Assembly: GCF_036365525.1 (NCBI RefSeq)
Contig: NC_090408.1
Span: 33,596,269-33,660,268, forward strand
DNA: 64,000 nt
Direction: 5' to 3'
Origin: Heterodontus francisci
Taxonomy: Eukaryota
Positions 11,235 through 23,982 of the stretch are shown here, piece after piece; the first letter of the stretch is position 1, and each line of letters opens with the position of its first letter. The position numbers were made by a program, and so were the translations under genes. The notes beneath the pieces were generated by a model. That model worked only from the letters and a program-made list of their open reading frames with translations, was not told where the DNA came from and did not search any database.

Positions 11235-13985
11235 GACCGAGAGACCAGCAGGGTGTGTTGCCTCCCTGGTGCAAAAGTAAAGGATATCTCTGAGCAACTG
11301 GATAGAAACTTGGAAAGGGATGGGGAATATTCAGTTGTTGTGGTCCATGTTTGGACCAATAATGTAGGAAAGAAAAGGGAGGAGGTCCTGCTAAGGGAAT
11401 ATCAGAAGTTGGGAACTAAATTTTAAAACAGGACCTTATTGATGGTAATCTTGGAATTACTGCCTGAGCCATGTGCTAATTGGCATAAGGATAGGCAGAT
11501 TAGGAAGGTGACTGTGTGAATGAAAGACTGGTGTGGGAAGGAGGAGTTGCATTTCACAAACAACTGGCATCAGTACTGAAACAGGAAGGAGCTGTACACA
11601 CTGCGCTCCACCTGAAGCAGAGTGGGACCAATGTTCTAGAAGAAAGGATAAATACGACTGTCGATAGAGCTTTAAAGTATTAAGACATTGTGGGGTGCGG
11701 GAGGGCAGTGATCTGGTGAAAATAACAACTCTCAATGTAACAAAAATAGGAGAGGAGAGGAAAAATCAGACCAGGGTAAGGAACAAGGATAAAATAAATG
11801 GTCCTGAAATAGATAGAATTATAAAACAAAAGGATAAAAGGACTCTTAAAAATAAAATAATCGTAACATCTATTAAAGATGAATTTAACTGCCTGTACAG
11901 TAATCCACACAGCATTCAAAATAAAACAGGGAACTGGAGGCATTAATCGGTAGCGTGGGATCAGATATAGTACTTGAAACATGGCTACATAAAGAACAGG
12001 ACTGGCAACTTCTTTCTTTTGGGCCTCCTTATCTCGAGAGACAATGGATACGCGCCTGGAGGTGGTCAGTGGTTTGTGAAGCAGCGCCTGGAGTGGCTAT
12101 AAAGGCCAATTCTGGAGTGACAGGCTCTTCCACAGGTGCTGCAGAGAAATTTGTTTGTTGGGGCTGTTGCACAGTTGGCTCTCCCCTTGCGCCTCTGTCT
12201 TTTTTCCTGCCAACTACTAAGTCTCTTCGACTCGCCACAATTTAGCCCTGTCTTTATGGCTGCCCGCCAGCTCTGGCGAATGCTGGCAACTGACTCCCAC
12301 GACTTGTGATCAATGTCACACGATTTCATGTCGCGTTTGCAGACGTCTTTATAACGGAGACATGGACGGCCGGTGGGTCTGATACCAGTGGCGAGCTCGC
12401 TGTACAATGTGTCTTTGGGGATCCTGCCATCTTCCATGCGGCTCACATGGCCAAGCCATCTCAAGCGCCGCTGACTCAGTAGTGTGTATAAGCTGGGGGT
12501 GTTGGCTGCTTCAAGGACTTCTGTGTTGGAGATATAGTCCTGCCACCTGATGCCAAGTATTCTCCGAAGGCAGCGAAGATGGAATGAATTGAGACGTCGC
12601 TCTTGGCTGGCATACGTTGTCCAGGCCTCGCTCCAGGACTGGCAACTACATTTTGGGAATTACACTGTCATCAGAAAGGATAGAGAGGAAGAAGAGGGAT
12701 TGGGTAGCTGTACTAATTAGAGAAAACAATGTCAGTAGAAAAAATGGGCATGACTAACACAAGGTCAGAAACAGAATCCATACGGATTGAAATAAAAGAT
12801 AAGGGATCGATCACACCACTAGGGGTATAATACAATCCACCTAATAGTGGAAAGGAGGCAGGGGAAGAAATATGTAAGTAAATATGTGAAATAAATAAAG
12901 GACATAGAATACGAATCACAGGAGATTTTAACTGACCCAAATAAACTGGTAAAAAGAGGTAGCCAAAGGGATACAGGGAGTGAAGATTTTACAGGACAGT
13001 TTGTAGGACTCCTTTCTTACCCAGTATGTAAAAAGCCCAACAAGTGAGGGAACACTGCTGGATCTAGTAATGGAAAATGAACCAGAGCAGATAAGACAAG
13101 TAAGCATATTGAAACATCTGGGCAATAGCACTCATGGCATATTATGGTTTAAGATAAAGATTAAGCAGGATATATGTAAGACATAGTACTAAATTGGAAA
13201 AAAGCTGACTTTAAGGAGATGAGCATGGAACTAGGAAAATAAACTGGAAAAGTTTACTGAATAAGAAATAGGACAGCAGTGGGAAACACTTAAATTGGTG
13301 ATCAATAGAGTCCAGGCAAAATAGATCCCACTAAAAAGCAAGAACAAACTAGCCAGTAACGACACACCATGGATGAATAAAGAGATAAAGGCAAAATAGA
13401 AACTAAAGAAAAAGCCATACACTAAGTACATAGACAACAAAAAAGTGGATGACAAAAGGGAATATGAAAAAGTTAATATGTCAAAAAATTAGGTAGGCAA
13501 CAAAAACATTTTATCAAGGAATATTTAAAAAAAGTATTCTATGGATATATAAATATATAAAGACAAGTCAACATAGGGTATTGGACCATTAATGAAGAAA
13601 CATGATAAACATACAGGTATAGACAGCAAAATGGTAGCAATATTAAATAATTACTTTGCCTTCGAATTTACTAGGGAGATAACATGGTGGGCATGGCATT
13701 AGATGAAGAGATTTAAAAAGATATCAAGACATTTAAGATAGAAAGTGGAGAGATAACTGATCAACTAATATAACATAAGCGAAGATAAAATCGCTGGTCT
13801 CGGATTCTATTTACGCATACTAAAAGAAGTTAGAGATAGCAGAGGCACTATTATGTGTATATATAGAAACTTATTAGAAAAGGGAATAGTACTAGAGCGC
13901 AGCTAATGTAATTCCTACATTTAAAAAGGGAGATAGAACAAGTTCAAGTTCATCTGTAGACCAGCTAACATTGATGGTAGGAAAG
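11235..13985 (+). mobile_element. Old CR1 LINE with ORF1 SGNH-esterase remnant and ORF2 APE endonuclease/start of RT (decayed)
   Basis: RVCCLPGAKVKDISEQL...VVVH.(G)TNN (ORF1); CLYSNPHSIQNK and FLTQYVKSPT...LDLVM (APE); ANVIPTFKKGDR (RT start); many stops. Confidence 0.8.
12011..12633 (-). mobile_element. Young 5'-truncated RTE (BovB-like) LINE with 14-bp TSD
   Basis: Open frame SEAWTTY...LRCLRRILGIRWQD...WLGHVSRMEDGRIPK...CSTCGRACHSRIGLYSHSRRC; TSD caggactggcaact at 11997-12010 and 12634-12647. Confidence 0.92.
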
Positions 13986-14308
13986 CATCTGATCTGCTCA
14001 TTTCATCTCCTGAGGAAAAGGTTCTGTCACCCTCCCCCAAAGGTAAATCAATGGGAATGATTTTTCTAGATGGAGTTTCTAATGAAACTGTAAATGCATT
14101 TTGTGAACATGTATTACAATTTCACTAGAAATATAAAACAAAGGAAATCTTCCTGCATTTATTTATGATGTCGCTACACAGCAACCAGAATCCTCATCTA
14201 ACCGTATATTCTGCATTATTCGTGCTTCGCTGGTTCCTGCCCTATATTCGGTAGTTGTGCTTTGCTATTTACTGTGGAGTAATCATGTTGCTTTCTTGTT
14301 TGCTAAAG

Positions 14309-14377
14309 GACATTGAAATAGAGGAACAATCCCATTTTGCTATGGTGAACTCAAAGACTGCAGCTCCAACAGTGGTG
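14309..14377 (+). CDS. FANCI: FANCI exon (~ex30) DIEIEEQSHFAMVNSKTAAPTVV
   Basis: ctaaag|gacatt ... gtggtg|gtaagc; 69 nt; TAAPTV motif. Confidence 0.93.
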
Positions 14378-14670
14378 GTAAGCACATTGTACCAGACCCT
14401 CAGAAAAATGGCTGCAATTTTTGATACAATAACTACTTGCAATTATACAGCACTCTTCGCATTAACTAATGTCTCTTAAGTGCATTATAAAGGGGCGAGG
14501 GGATGCTGAATGAGAAGGGATTAAACTTAGGAGGGAAACTAAAACGAGAATCAGGCAGACCTGTTTTGAAGAGGTTTTTGAAGCCAGGGAGAGGTAGCAA
14601 AATAAGAGTGGCTTAAAAGAGAATTCCATGGGATAGGGGGTAAACATTGGCCTCTTGTGCTAGAGACTTG

Positions 14671-16546
14671 GGGCTGGATTTTAAGCTCCTGCCGCCACTC
14701 CCGGCAACAGGCAAAAAAAATGGTGGCCTGCATGCATAGGCCACGAGCCGCCGCAATCTACTGTGTAGAGGCTCATTTAAATACCTGGGTCAGGCGGCCC
14801 CCACCACCCAACCTCCCAATCTCATGGAGGGGTGGGGGGCTCCAACGCAGGCAATAGCGTCAGCTGCCTGTGCGCAGGCGTGGTGCCATTTTTAAAGCCC
14901 AGCCAGCCCTGCCGGTTAATATAAATGTTTTAATTCATAGCCCCCCCTACTGTTGCAATAAAAATTCTATCACCCCTTTCCCACCTCACAAATACTAATA
15001 ACATGAAATATTTTGCCCTTCTCACCCCCAAAAATAGAACATAGAACAGTACAGCACAGTACAGGCCCTTCGGCCCACGTTGTTGTACCGAACCTTTAAC
15101 CTACTCTAAGATCAAACTAACTACCTACCCTTCATTCTACTATCATCCATGTACCTATCCAACAGTCGCTTAAATGCCCCTAACGTATCTGCTTCTACTA
15201 CTATCGCTGGCAGCGCATTCCACGCACCCACCACTCTGTGTAAAGAACCTACCTCTGACATCTCCCCGAAACCTTCCTCCAATCACCTTAAATTTATGCC
15301 CCCTGGTGATAGCCCTTTCCACCCTGGGAAAAAGTCTCTGGCTATCCACTCTATCTATGCCTCTCATCATCTTGTACCCCTCTATCAAGTCACCTCTCAT
15401 CCTTCGTCGCTCCAATGAGAAAAGCCCTAGCTCCCTCAATCTTTCTTCGTAGGACATGCCCTCCAGTCCAGGCAGCATTCTGGTAAATCTCCTCTGCACC
15501 TTCTCTAAAGCTTCCACATCCTTCCTATAATGAGGCGACCAGAACTGAACACAATATTCCAAGTGTGGTCGAACCAGGGCCTTATAGAGCTGCAGCGTAA
15601 CCTCGCGGCTCTTAAACTCAATCCCCCTGTTAATGAAAGCCAACACACCATGCGCCTTCTTAACAACCCTATCAACTTGGGTGGCAACTTTGAGCGATCT
15701 ATGGACATGGACCCCAAGATCCCTCTGTTCCTCCACACTACCAAGAATCCTGTCTTTAAGCCTGTATTCCGCATTCAAATTCGACCTTCCAAAATGAATC
15801 ACTTCACACTTTTCCAGGTTGAACTCCATCTGTCACTTCTCAGCCCAGCTCTGCATCCTGTCAATGTCCCGTTGCAACCTACAACAGCCTTCCACACTAT
15901 CCACAACTCCAGCAATCTTCGTGTCATCAGCAAACTTGCTAACCCAGCCTTCCACTTCCTCATCCAAGTCATTTATAAAAATCACAAAGCGCAGAGGTCC
16001 CAGAACAGATCCTTGTGGAACATCACTGGTCACCGAGCTCCATGCTGAATACTTTCCATCTACTACCACCCTCTAAATACTTACCTTTCATATATAACCT
16101 TCCCCCCCATACTGTACAAAGTTTAAAGTACACCCTTCCCACAATCCCCTACACGCATTACGATTATTTGACCCCATTTCTCCCCCGCCCCGCACCCCCA
16201 CGCACTAAAAATATTAACTCCCACCCCTCCCCATCAGTGTCATGCCTGCTTTCCCCAGATGGAAAAGTGAAGGCACAGGAGTGCCGGCCGCCACACTGAA
16301 GATCGCGGTGGGCCCGTAAGATCCCAAGTAAGTTGATCTGAATCTATTCATGGTGCTTATTTCAATATTCAAAGCCGGGTCCCGTTGCCCAGCGGTGGGG
16401 GGGCCACCACAGAGCCTCGCCACCGCCGGGAAGATTGGGCCAGGCCCTCCCGGCGTCAGGCTCCGTAGCGGGCCTCTTCCGGAACAATCTTCCAGCACCC
16501 CCCCCGCCTCAGCGCCCGATATTAGGAGCCCTGTAAAATCCAGCCC
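14671..16546. mobile_element. Harbinger-type MITE interrupted by a CR1
   Basis: Perfect 13-bp TIR GGGCTGGATTTTA / TAAAATCCAGCCC; flanks ttg/tta. Confidence 0.8.
15034..16073 (-). mobile_element. Young CR1 LINE 3' part (RT C-terminus)
   Basis: VPQGSVLGP...KFADDTK...LVRPHLEYCVQFW; one nonsense codon at 15833; (TTCTATG)n tail. Confidence 0.95.
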
Positions 16547-16779
16547 TTAGTGTGCAGTCCTGATGTTTTTGATACAACCTTGATTTTCTCCCTAGTCTGC
16601 CTCAGTTACTCACTTCTTGCAGTTGAGAGGACTGCTCGTCTCTTGGCTTTACCAGTGGTTCTTTAAGCTGCCTTTTAAAAAAAAATGTTCTTGGGACGAC
16701 TGCCTTTATTGCCCATCCTTAGTTATCCTGAGAAGGAGATGGTGGGTCTCCTTGAAATACTGCAGTCTTTGTAATAGCA

Positions 16780-17098
16780 CATAGGAACATATGAATTAGG
16801 AGCAGGAGTAGGCCACTTGGGCCCTCGAGCCTACTCTGCCATTCGACAAGATCATGGCTGATCTGATTGTAACCTTAACTCCATATTTCCGCCTACTTCC
16901 AAAATCCTTTCAACCCGTTGCTCATCAAGAATCTATCTACCTCTACTTTAAAAATATTCAAAGACTCTGCTTCCAATGCATTTTGAGGAAGAGGGTTCCA
17001 AAGACTCACGACCCTCTGAGAGAAAAAATTTCTCCTCATCGCTGTCTTAAATGGGTGACCCCTTATTTTTAAACAGTGGCCTCTAGTTCTAGATTCTA
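16780..17098 (-). mobile_element. CR1 3' fragment nested in a LINE tail remnant (~16680-17195)
   Basis: SRTRGHCLKIRG...FFSQRVVSLWN; flanks resemble the 3' end of the 54041 LINE. Confidence 0.85.
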
Positions 17099-17416
17099 AT
17101 GCACCCACAATAGTGTTGGGTGGGGAATTCCATGATGACAGAATGGCAATATATGTTCAAGTCAAGATGCTATCTGACTAGGAGGGGAACTTTCCTGTTA
17201 GAGGTGAGACAGCCCAGCATCAGTTTTTCCCTCATGTCTGACGTTTAATAAAATTCATCTGGTCAACAAACAGAAACTACTTTGCTACAAAAGCTTTGCA
17301 TTTTGTTTTACACATCTTTTAATATGTTTTATGATAGTTTGAATTAACCACTGTACAAAGAAAATATTTAGCTACTGAAATCAGCATTGCTGCATTAACC
17401 CTTTTTTCTTTTGTAG

Positions 17417-17513
17417 CAGCTGGTTTTGTCCCAAGCAGACAAGGTTCTGGAAGAAGTAGACTGGCTGATCACAAAGTTAAAGGGACAGCTCAGCTCTGAC
17501 AAAGAACTGGCAG
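17417..17513 (+). CDS. FANCI: FANCI exon (~ex31) [32 protein letters not shown]
   Basis: ttgtag|cagctg ... ggcag|gtagag; [16 protein letters not shown] as in human. Confidence 0.95.
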
Positions 17514-18279
17514 GTAGAGGAAATGGCTGGAAGATTGGATAGTTGCAAGTGACCAGTGAGTGATTCACAATATAACAGGGCGTTGCTGGAACAGTGTTCA
17601 GGGTACCCTATGCCTACAATTGAATAGGTATATCATACCGTATTTTAGTTTAGTCCCTTTTAGTTTATTAGTGAAGGAACTGATATAACTGGCCTCAGTG
17701 AAGGTAAAATATTTGCATACTTGGGAGAGCGACAACAATAGTCTCATTGCACTAACTTCTTGTTTTGATTGTGTTTAGAGGGATGATTGTATACTCGGGC
17801 TTTGGTATGACCTGAAAATGAAACGTGCAAACTTGAGAGAAAAAGTTTTCTTCAACCCCCTATCCATTTTCTTACCTCGTCTTCGCTCCAGGAGGCATTG
17901 ACTTATGCTGGGATACAGTCCCATGTTTCCAGCCACCCTTCCATCACCCAAGTGACTATTCTTCATGTCCCCAATGCCCTTTCCGAGCTCATCTTGTTCA
18001 TGAGACCCACCTCCTGTTCCCCTTCAAACTGCTGGCCCCCATGTTAGCTGATATTGTTAACAGTTCTCTTTGCTCAGGTACTGTCCCCGTCCCCTTCAAA
18101 TCTGCTGCCAACCCCAGTTTGAAAGAAATTAGTCTTTCAGTAGCAATAGATTGCAAAGTGCTGGTGACTGCTTAACTGGTGAAGATTGTCCTTGATACCA
18201 GGGAGAGGTTTAAAGGTTGTAACTAAAGCTCAACAATTTGGATGCTCATATTAAATCTTAAATTTGTTCTCCATCCCAG

Positions 18280-18464
18280 ATGAGAACTCTCAAGTATCAA
18301 CTGCAAGAGAACCTGTAGAGAAAGCCATTGTTCTTCAACTGGGCACCCTGCTGACTGCTTTCCATGAGCTGATTCAGACATCCATTCCATCCGGGAGCTG
18401 TGTGGACATTCTCCTGAAAGAGCTAGCCAAAATGTACAGCATTCTTACCTCACTGGTGAAATAT
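18280..18464 (+). CDS. FANCI: FANCI exon (~ex32) ...[51 protein letters not shown]
   Basis: cccag|atgaga ... aaatat|gtaagt; 185 nt. Confidence 0.96.
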
Positions 18465-19014
18465 GTAAGTATGTAGAGCTCTGCTGCTGCTTAATGCTGA
18501 CGAATACTGAGAAATATACTGGGCCATGATTACAATGTGGCGGAGGTGTTGTAAACAATGTATTGAACTTTTATGGGTGAATTTTCTTCTAGTTTCCTAC
18601 TCAAAATCATATGGGATAGTGGTGAAAATTGGGGTGAAGTTGAATGGTGAGGTGAACCACCACGTCAAAACCCTAAATGAATTTCCTGCCCCTTTCATCA
18701 TTCAGTCATGGTGATGGAGAGAGCAAAGAAAAGGGAAAGGGAAAAATATTAAAAAGTGGAGAGTTCCTTTAATGGCTTGTGAGATAATTGCAATAAACTT
18801 GCTCACAGGCAAAATCTTTTTTGTGCGTTTATAGGTGAACAGTTGACAATTCTTTTGCCAAAATAATCACAATGAAAAATAAGTTCAACCAGCTATAAGA
18901 CAACCTCACTTCATTGTTCAATCCCAGTTTCAGGATCCAATCTGACCATACTTCATCGTTTTCTTGGCCCAAACATACTCCAGTCCATGCTAAATCAGGA
19001 ATCAATCCAGTTTC

Positions 19015-20740
19015 ATAGAAACAGAAAATAGGAGCAGGAGTAGGCCATTTGGCCCTTCGAGCCTGCTCCGCCATTCTTTATGATCATGGCTGATCATCCA
19101 ACTCAGTAGCCTGTTCTGGCTGTCACCCCATACCCTTTGATCCCTTTAGACCCAAGAGCTATATCTAACTCCTTTTTGAAAACATTCAATGTTTTGGCCT
19201 CAATTGCTTTCTGTGGTAGCAAATTCCACAGGCTCACCACTCTCTGGGTGAAGAAATTTCTCCTCATCTCAGCCCTGAAAGGTTTACCCCGTATCCTTAG
19301 ACTTTGACCCCTGGTTCTGGACTCCCCCACCATCAGGAACATCCTTCCTGCATCTACCCTGTCAAGTCCTGTTGAATTTTATAGGTTTCTATGAGATCCC
19401 CCCTCACTCTTCTGAACTCCAGTGAATATAATCCTAACTGACTCAATCTCTCCTCATATGTCAGTCCCGCCATCCCAGGAATCAGTCTGGTAAACCTTCG
19501 CTGCACTCCCTCTATAGCAAGAACAACCTTCCTCAGATAAGGAGACCAAAACTGCACACAATATTCCAGGTGTGGCCTCACCAAGGCCCTGTATAATTGC
19601 AACAAGACATCCCTGCTTCTGTACTCAAATCCTCTCGCAATGAAGGCCAACATATCATTTGCCTTTTTTCCCGCCTGTTGCACCTGCATGCTTACCTTCA
19701 GCTACTGGTGTACGAGAACACCCAGGTCTCGCTGCATATTCCCCTCTCTCAGTTTATAGCCATTCAGATAATAATCTACCTTCCTGTTTTTGCTACCAAA
19801 GTGGATAACCTCACATTTATCCACATTATACTGCATGTGTCATGCATTTGCCCACTCACTCAACTTGTCCAAATCACCCTGAAGCCTCTCTGCATCCTCC
19901 TCACAACTCACCCTCCCACCCAGTATTGTGTCATCTGAAAATTTGGAGATATTGCACTTCGTTCCTTCATCTAAATCATGAATGTATATTGTGAATAGCT
20001 GGGGTCCTAGCACCGATCCCTGCGGTACCCCACTCGTCACTGCCTGCCATTCAGAAAAGGACCCATTTATCCCTTCTCTTTGTTTCCTGTCTGCCAACCA
20101 ATTTTCTATCCATCGCAATACACTACCCCCAATCCCATGCACTTTAATTTTACATGCTAATCTCTTATGTGGGACTTTGTTAAAAGCCTTCTGAAAGTCC
20201 AAATAAACCACATCCACTGGCTCCTCCTCATCAACTCTACTAGTTACATCCTCAAAGAATTCTAGTAGATTTGTCACGCATGATTTCCCTTTTGTAAATC
20301 CATGCTGACTGTCCGATTCTACCACTGTTCTCCAAGTGCTGTGCTATAAAATCTTTGATAATGGACTCTAGAATTTTCCCTACTACAGACGTCAGGCTGA
20401 CTGGTTTATAATTCCCTGCTTTCTCTCTACCTCCCTTTTTAAATAATGGCTACCCTCCAATCTGTAGGAACTGTTCCAGAGTCTATAGAATCTTGGAAGA
20501 TGCATCCACTATTTCTAGGGCTACTTCCTTGAGTACATACCATCAGGCCCTGGTGACTTATCGGCCTTCAATCTCATCAATTTCCCAAACACCATTTCTC
20601 TACTAATACTGATTTCTTTCAGTTCCTCTCTCTCACTAACCCCAACATTTCTGGTATGATATTTGTGTCTTCCTTTGTGAAGACAGAACCAAAGTATGCA
20701 TTTAGTTGGTCAGCTATTTCTTTATTCCCCATAATAAATT
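19015..20740 (-). mobile_element. CR1 LINE, RT domain through 3' end
   Basis: QHGFTKGKSC...YLDFQKAFNKVPH...[10 protein letters not shown]...KFSDDT; few frameshifts. Confidence 0.95.
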
Positions 20741-21052
20741 CCTTTTAAACGTTTCTTGGGCAAGTTACATGAAGAAGGAAGAATTGCTGGTGTGTTCCTG
20801 CCTCTGGTGCACCAACTGGCCAATCTTAACGGGGATTGTGTAAATTGGGAAGAGGACAGGGAGGGGCACTCTTGCTTTTACAGTATTACTGAAATATTTT
20901 TCTTTTAAGCATCTGGTAATTTTAATATCTGGGGATCCAGTTCTCCTGGATTGATGGGAGGAACTGAACATCCTGACTATATGTGAAAATGCTTCTTTCT
21001 ACTTGACTATACGGTATTCTAATTTTTTCATTTCTTTTGTCCTCCCACCCAG

Positions 21053-21109
21053 TATATCCAGGGCTACACAGGACATGTGGCACATCTTCCTGCAAGATTT
21101 GAGAAGCTG
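21053..21109 (+). CDS. FANCI: FANCI exon (~ex33) YIQGYTGHVAHLPARFEKL
   Basis: cccag|tatatc ... aagctg|gtgggt; 57 nt. Confidence 0.88.
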
Positions 21110-21224
21110 GTGGGTATCAAGCAACTGTTTCTTATTTTCTGAAGTTGCCTTCCCCCTTTGTTTTTTTAATAAAAACATTGATATAGGGTGTATTTTTCAA
21201 ATGAATATTCCACAATAAGACCAT

Positions 21225-23340
21225 TACATTAGAACGGGAGTAGGCCATTCAGCCACTCAAGCCTGTTCCACCATTCTGTTAGATCATGGCTGATCTGTAT
21301 TTCAGCTCCATTTGCCCTCTATTTCTCCATATCCCTTGATGCCATTACCAAACAAAAATATATATCTATCTTGGTCTTGAAAATTTCAATTGACAGCGCC
21401 AGTTGTGAGAATTCCAGGTCTCCAACATCACAGGTGTTTAAAAAGTGCTTCCTGATTTCACTATCGAATGGCCTAGCTCTAATTTTAAGATTAAGCTCAC
21501 TTGTTCTGAATTCCCTAAACAGGGCAAATAGGTTCTCTATCTATCTATCTTATTGAATTCCTTTATCATTTTAAACACCTTGATTTAGATAATCTCACAA
21601 CCATCTAAATGCACTGGAATACAAACCTATTTTGTACAACCTGTCTTTACAATTTAACTCTTTTATTGCCCCAGTGTCATTCTGGTGATCTTGTGCAGCA
21701 TGCTCTCCAAGGCCATTATTTCTTGAATGAGGTGCAGTGTCCAAAACTGAATACAGTGCTCCAGATGGGGTCTGATCAAGGTTGTATACTACTGAAGCAT
21801 CACTTCCTCAGTTTTGTATTCAAACCCTGTTGAGATAAAGGCCAATATTTTATTCGACATTTTGACTGCATTTTGTATCTATACACAGATTTGTCTAAAT
21901 GGACACCTAAATCCCTTTGCTCCTCCACAGCTCCTAGTCTGTTCCCATCAAGAAAACATTATGATTTGACTTTCACCGATCCAGATTGGTTGACCTCACA
22001 TGTCCCCACAATGAACTTCATCTGCTACAACTATGTGTCCTAATTTAGCGTAATTTGCAAACTTGATATACACCTCTCTATTTCTTCTTCCAAGTCATCA
22101 ATATATACGGCGAAAAGCTGATACCCCAGTATACTCCCTAGGGTATGTTCAGAGTGCAATCCTTTTATTCCTTTCATCCCTACTTTCAGTCTCCGAGCTC
22201 CCGACACATTACGATTTTATGTCACTAAATTACTTTCAATTCCATGCTGTCTCAATTTTAATTACCTCATGAGTGAAACAAATGCCTTCTGAAAGTACAT
22301 TATACACAGCATCCATAAACACTCCCCTATTCACCATACCCTAAAGGCCTGCTCAGGTCTGCAAAAAAAACCCGACCCAAGCCCGACAAAACCACATCTG
22401 ACCCGGCCCAAGTCCTTCCATTTTTTCCTGTGCCCCACCCATCCTGACCCGACCCGATCATCAGTTAACTTACCTTCCGTTTTTCACTGTTGCTGATCTG
22501 CACAAGCTTAAAATAACTGTAACAAAACCACCTTTCTAGTCCAAAAATTAAATTAACATTGGAACCACTTACTTGCGATAGAGCGTGTCTGACCTGACCC
22601 GAATCCGACACATATAGTCAGGTCGCGTCGGGCTCGGGTCAGGTAGCAGGCCTTTACCATACCCACCTCAAAAACTTCAATCAGATTATTCAGACATGAT
22701 TTACCCGTCACAAATCCACATTTAACACTCTTTGGGCAGCTCGCACTTGTTCAAGTGCTGAGTCACACTTTTTCTGATGGTAATAAACTTCCCCACAGCT
22801 GATATTAAACTGGTAGATCTGTAGTTGCCTAGTTTGGCCTTTACCTACCTCCTAAATAAGAGTGACGCTTGCAATTTTCCACTTCATAGGCACAATTCCT
22901 GAACCTGAAGAACTTTGGAATATTATGATCAACAAATCTGAATTTTCCCGGCCCCACATTTCTTTTCATACATTAGGGTGGAAGCCATCAGGTCTTGGAG
23001 ATTTGTCTATCTTCAGTCGTATTATTTTCTCTATTACTATTTTCTTGTTTATATTCAATCCAATAAGTTCCTTCACATTACTTACTTTTAGGTTCCCCAG
23101 TACTACTGGTATTTCATCCTTTCTTCACTGGGGAATAGGTTAAAAAGTACTTCTTTAACAAGTCTGCCTTTTCTTTATTGCCCATTATAGTCTCGCCTGC
23201 ATCTATCCTTAATAAGCTCACATTTCCCTTTACCATACTATTTCTTTTATTGCTAGTGCATGCAAGTTTTTTTTTCATATTTCCTCTTTGCACCTCCTAT
23301 TACTTCCTTTGTATTCCAGGCCTGTCCTGATTCCCAGATG
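21225..23340 (-). mobile_element. Old decayed CR1 LINE (RT region) hosting a hAT MITE
   Basis: CR1-type tail aggagtaggccattcagcc and decayed RT motifs on the minus strand. Confidence 0.7.
22342..22656. mobile_element. hAT-type MITE
   Basis: TIR TAAAGGCCTGCT / AGCAGGCCTTTA; perfect 8-bp TSD ccataccc; subterminal (C)CCGAC repeats at both ends. Confidence 0.88.
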
Positions 23341-23982
23341 ATTTACTGGGAAAAGCAACCTCATTTGGAGTACAGCTCTCTCTCTTTCTCGATCAGTATG
23401 GTGTATTTAAAGAGCACCATCTTTATGTAAAAGCATTGTTTGTTAGCAAATGAAGAACACAAAGATGTAATTTGTCTCCAAATGACTAATTGTGCCATTT
23501 GCAAATCATGTCATACAGCAGTTCTCCCTTCCTCAGTACAATAGTGTTAACCCCTTTAATAAAAATTTACTGTATACCCTGATGTTTTATACACATTGTA
23601 TAGACTCTAATCTTCTATTTTATAGTTCAAGTCAACAAGGTACATGTCAAGCCAGAATTTCAATGCTGGTAGTGTCAGGTGTTGCATTCTTTTTACAAGC
23701 AGTAAGGGGGCAGCAAAACAATTCACTGGTAATTCCACAGTAGTAAATTGACCCCATTGGTAGTTGTGGGGTGGATCAAAACAATTTGATTTACATAATC
23801 TTTTTCATTCCTGAAAGCGGTGGCTTAGTTCCCCTGGCACTGGCAGAATTCCAGTACCTACCCTAGTGTCCATTCCTTGTGTAAATACTTGGAAATTGTT
23901 AGTCGGCTATTAAACCATGGAAGGAATGACAGTCATTACCCGATTATATCTTTCCTTGTCGGCACACGCAACTCCCAACATA

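Noticed and set aside
15170-16069. Longest ORFs in the track (219 aa and neighbours) as a possible gene
   Set aside because: 5'-truncated CR1 ORF2 with a nonsense codon and a frameshift.
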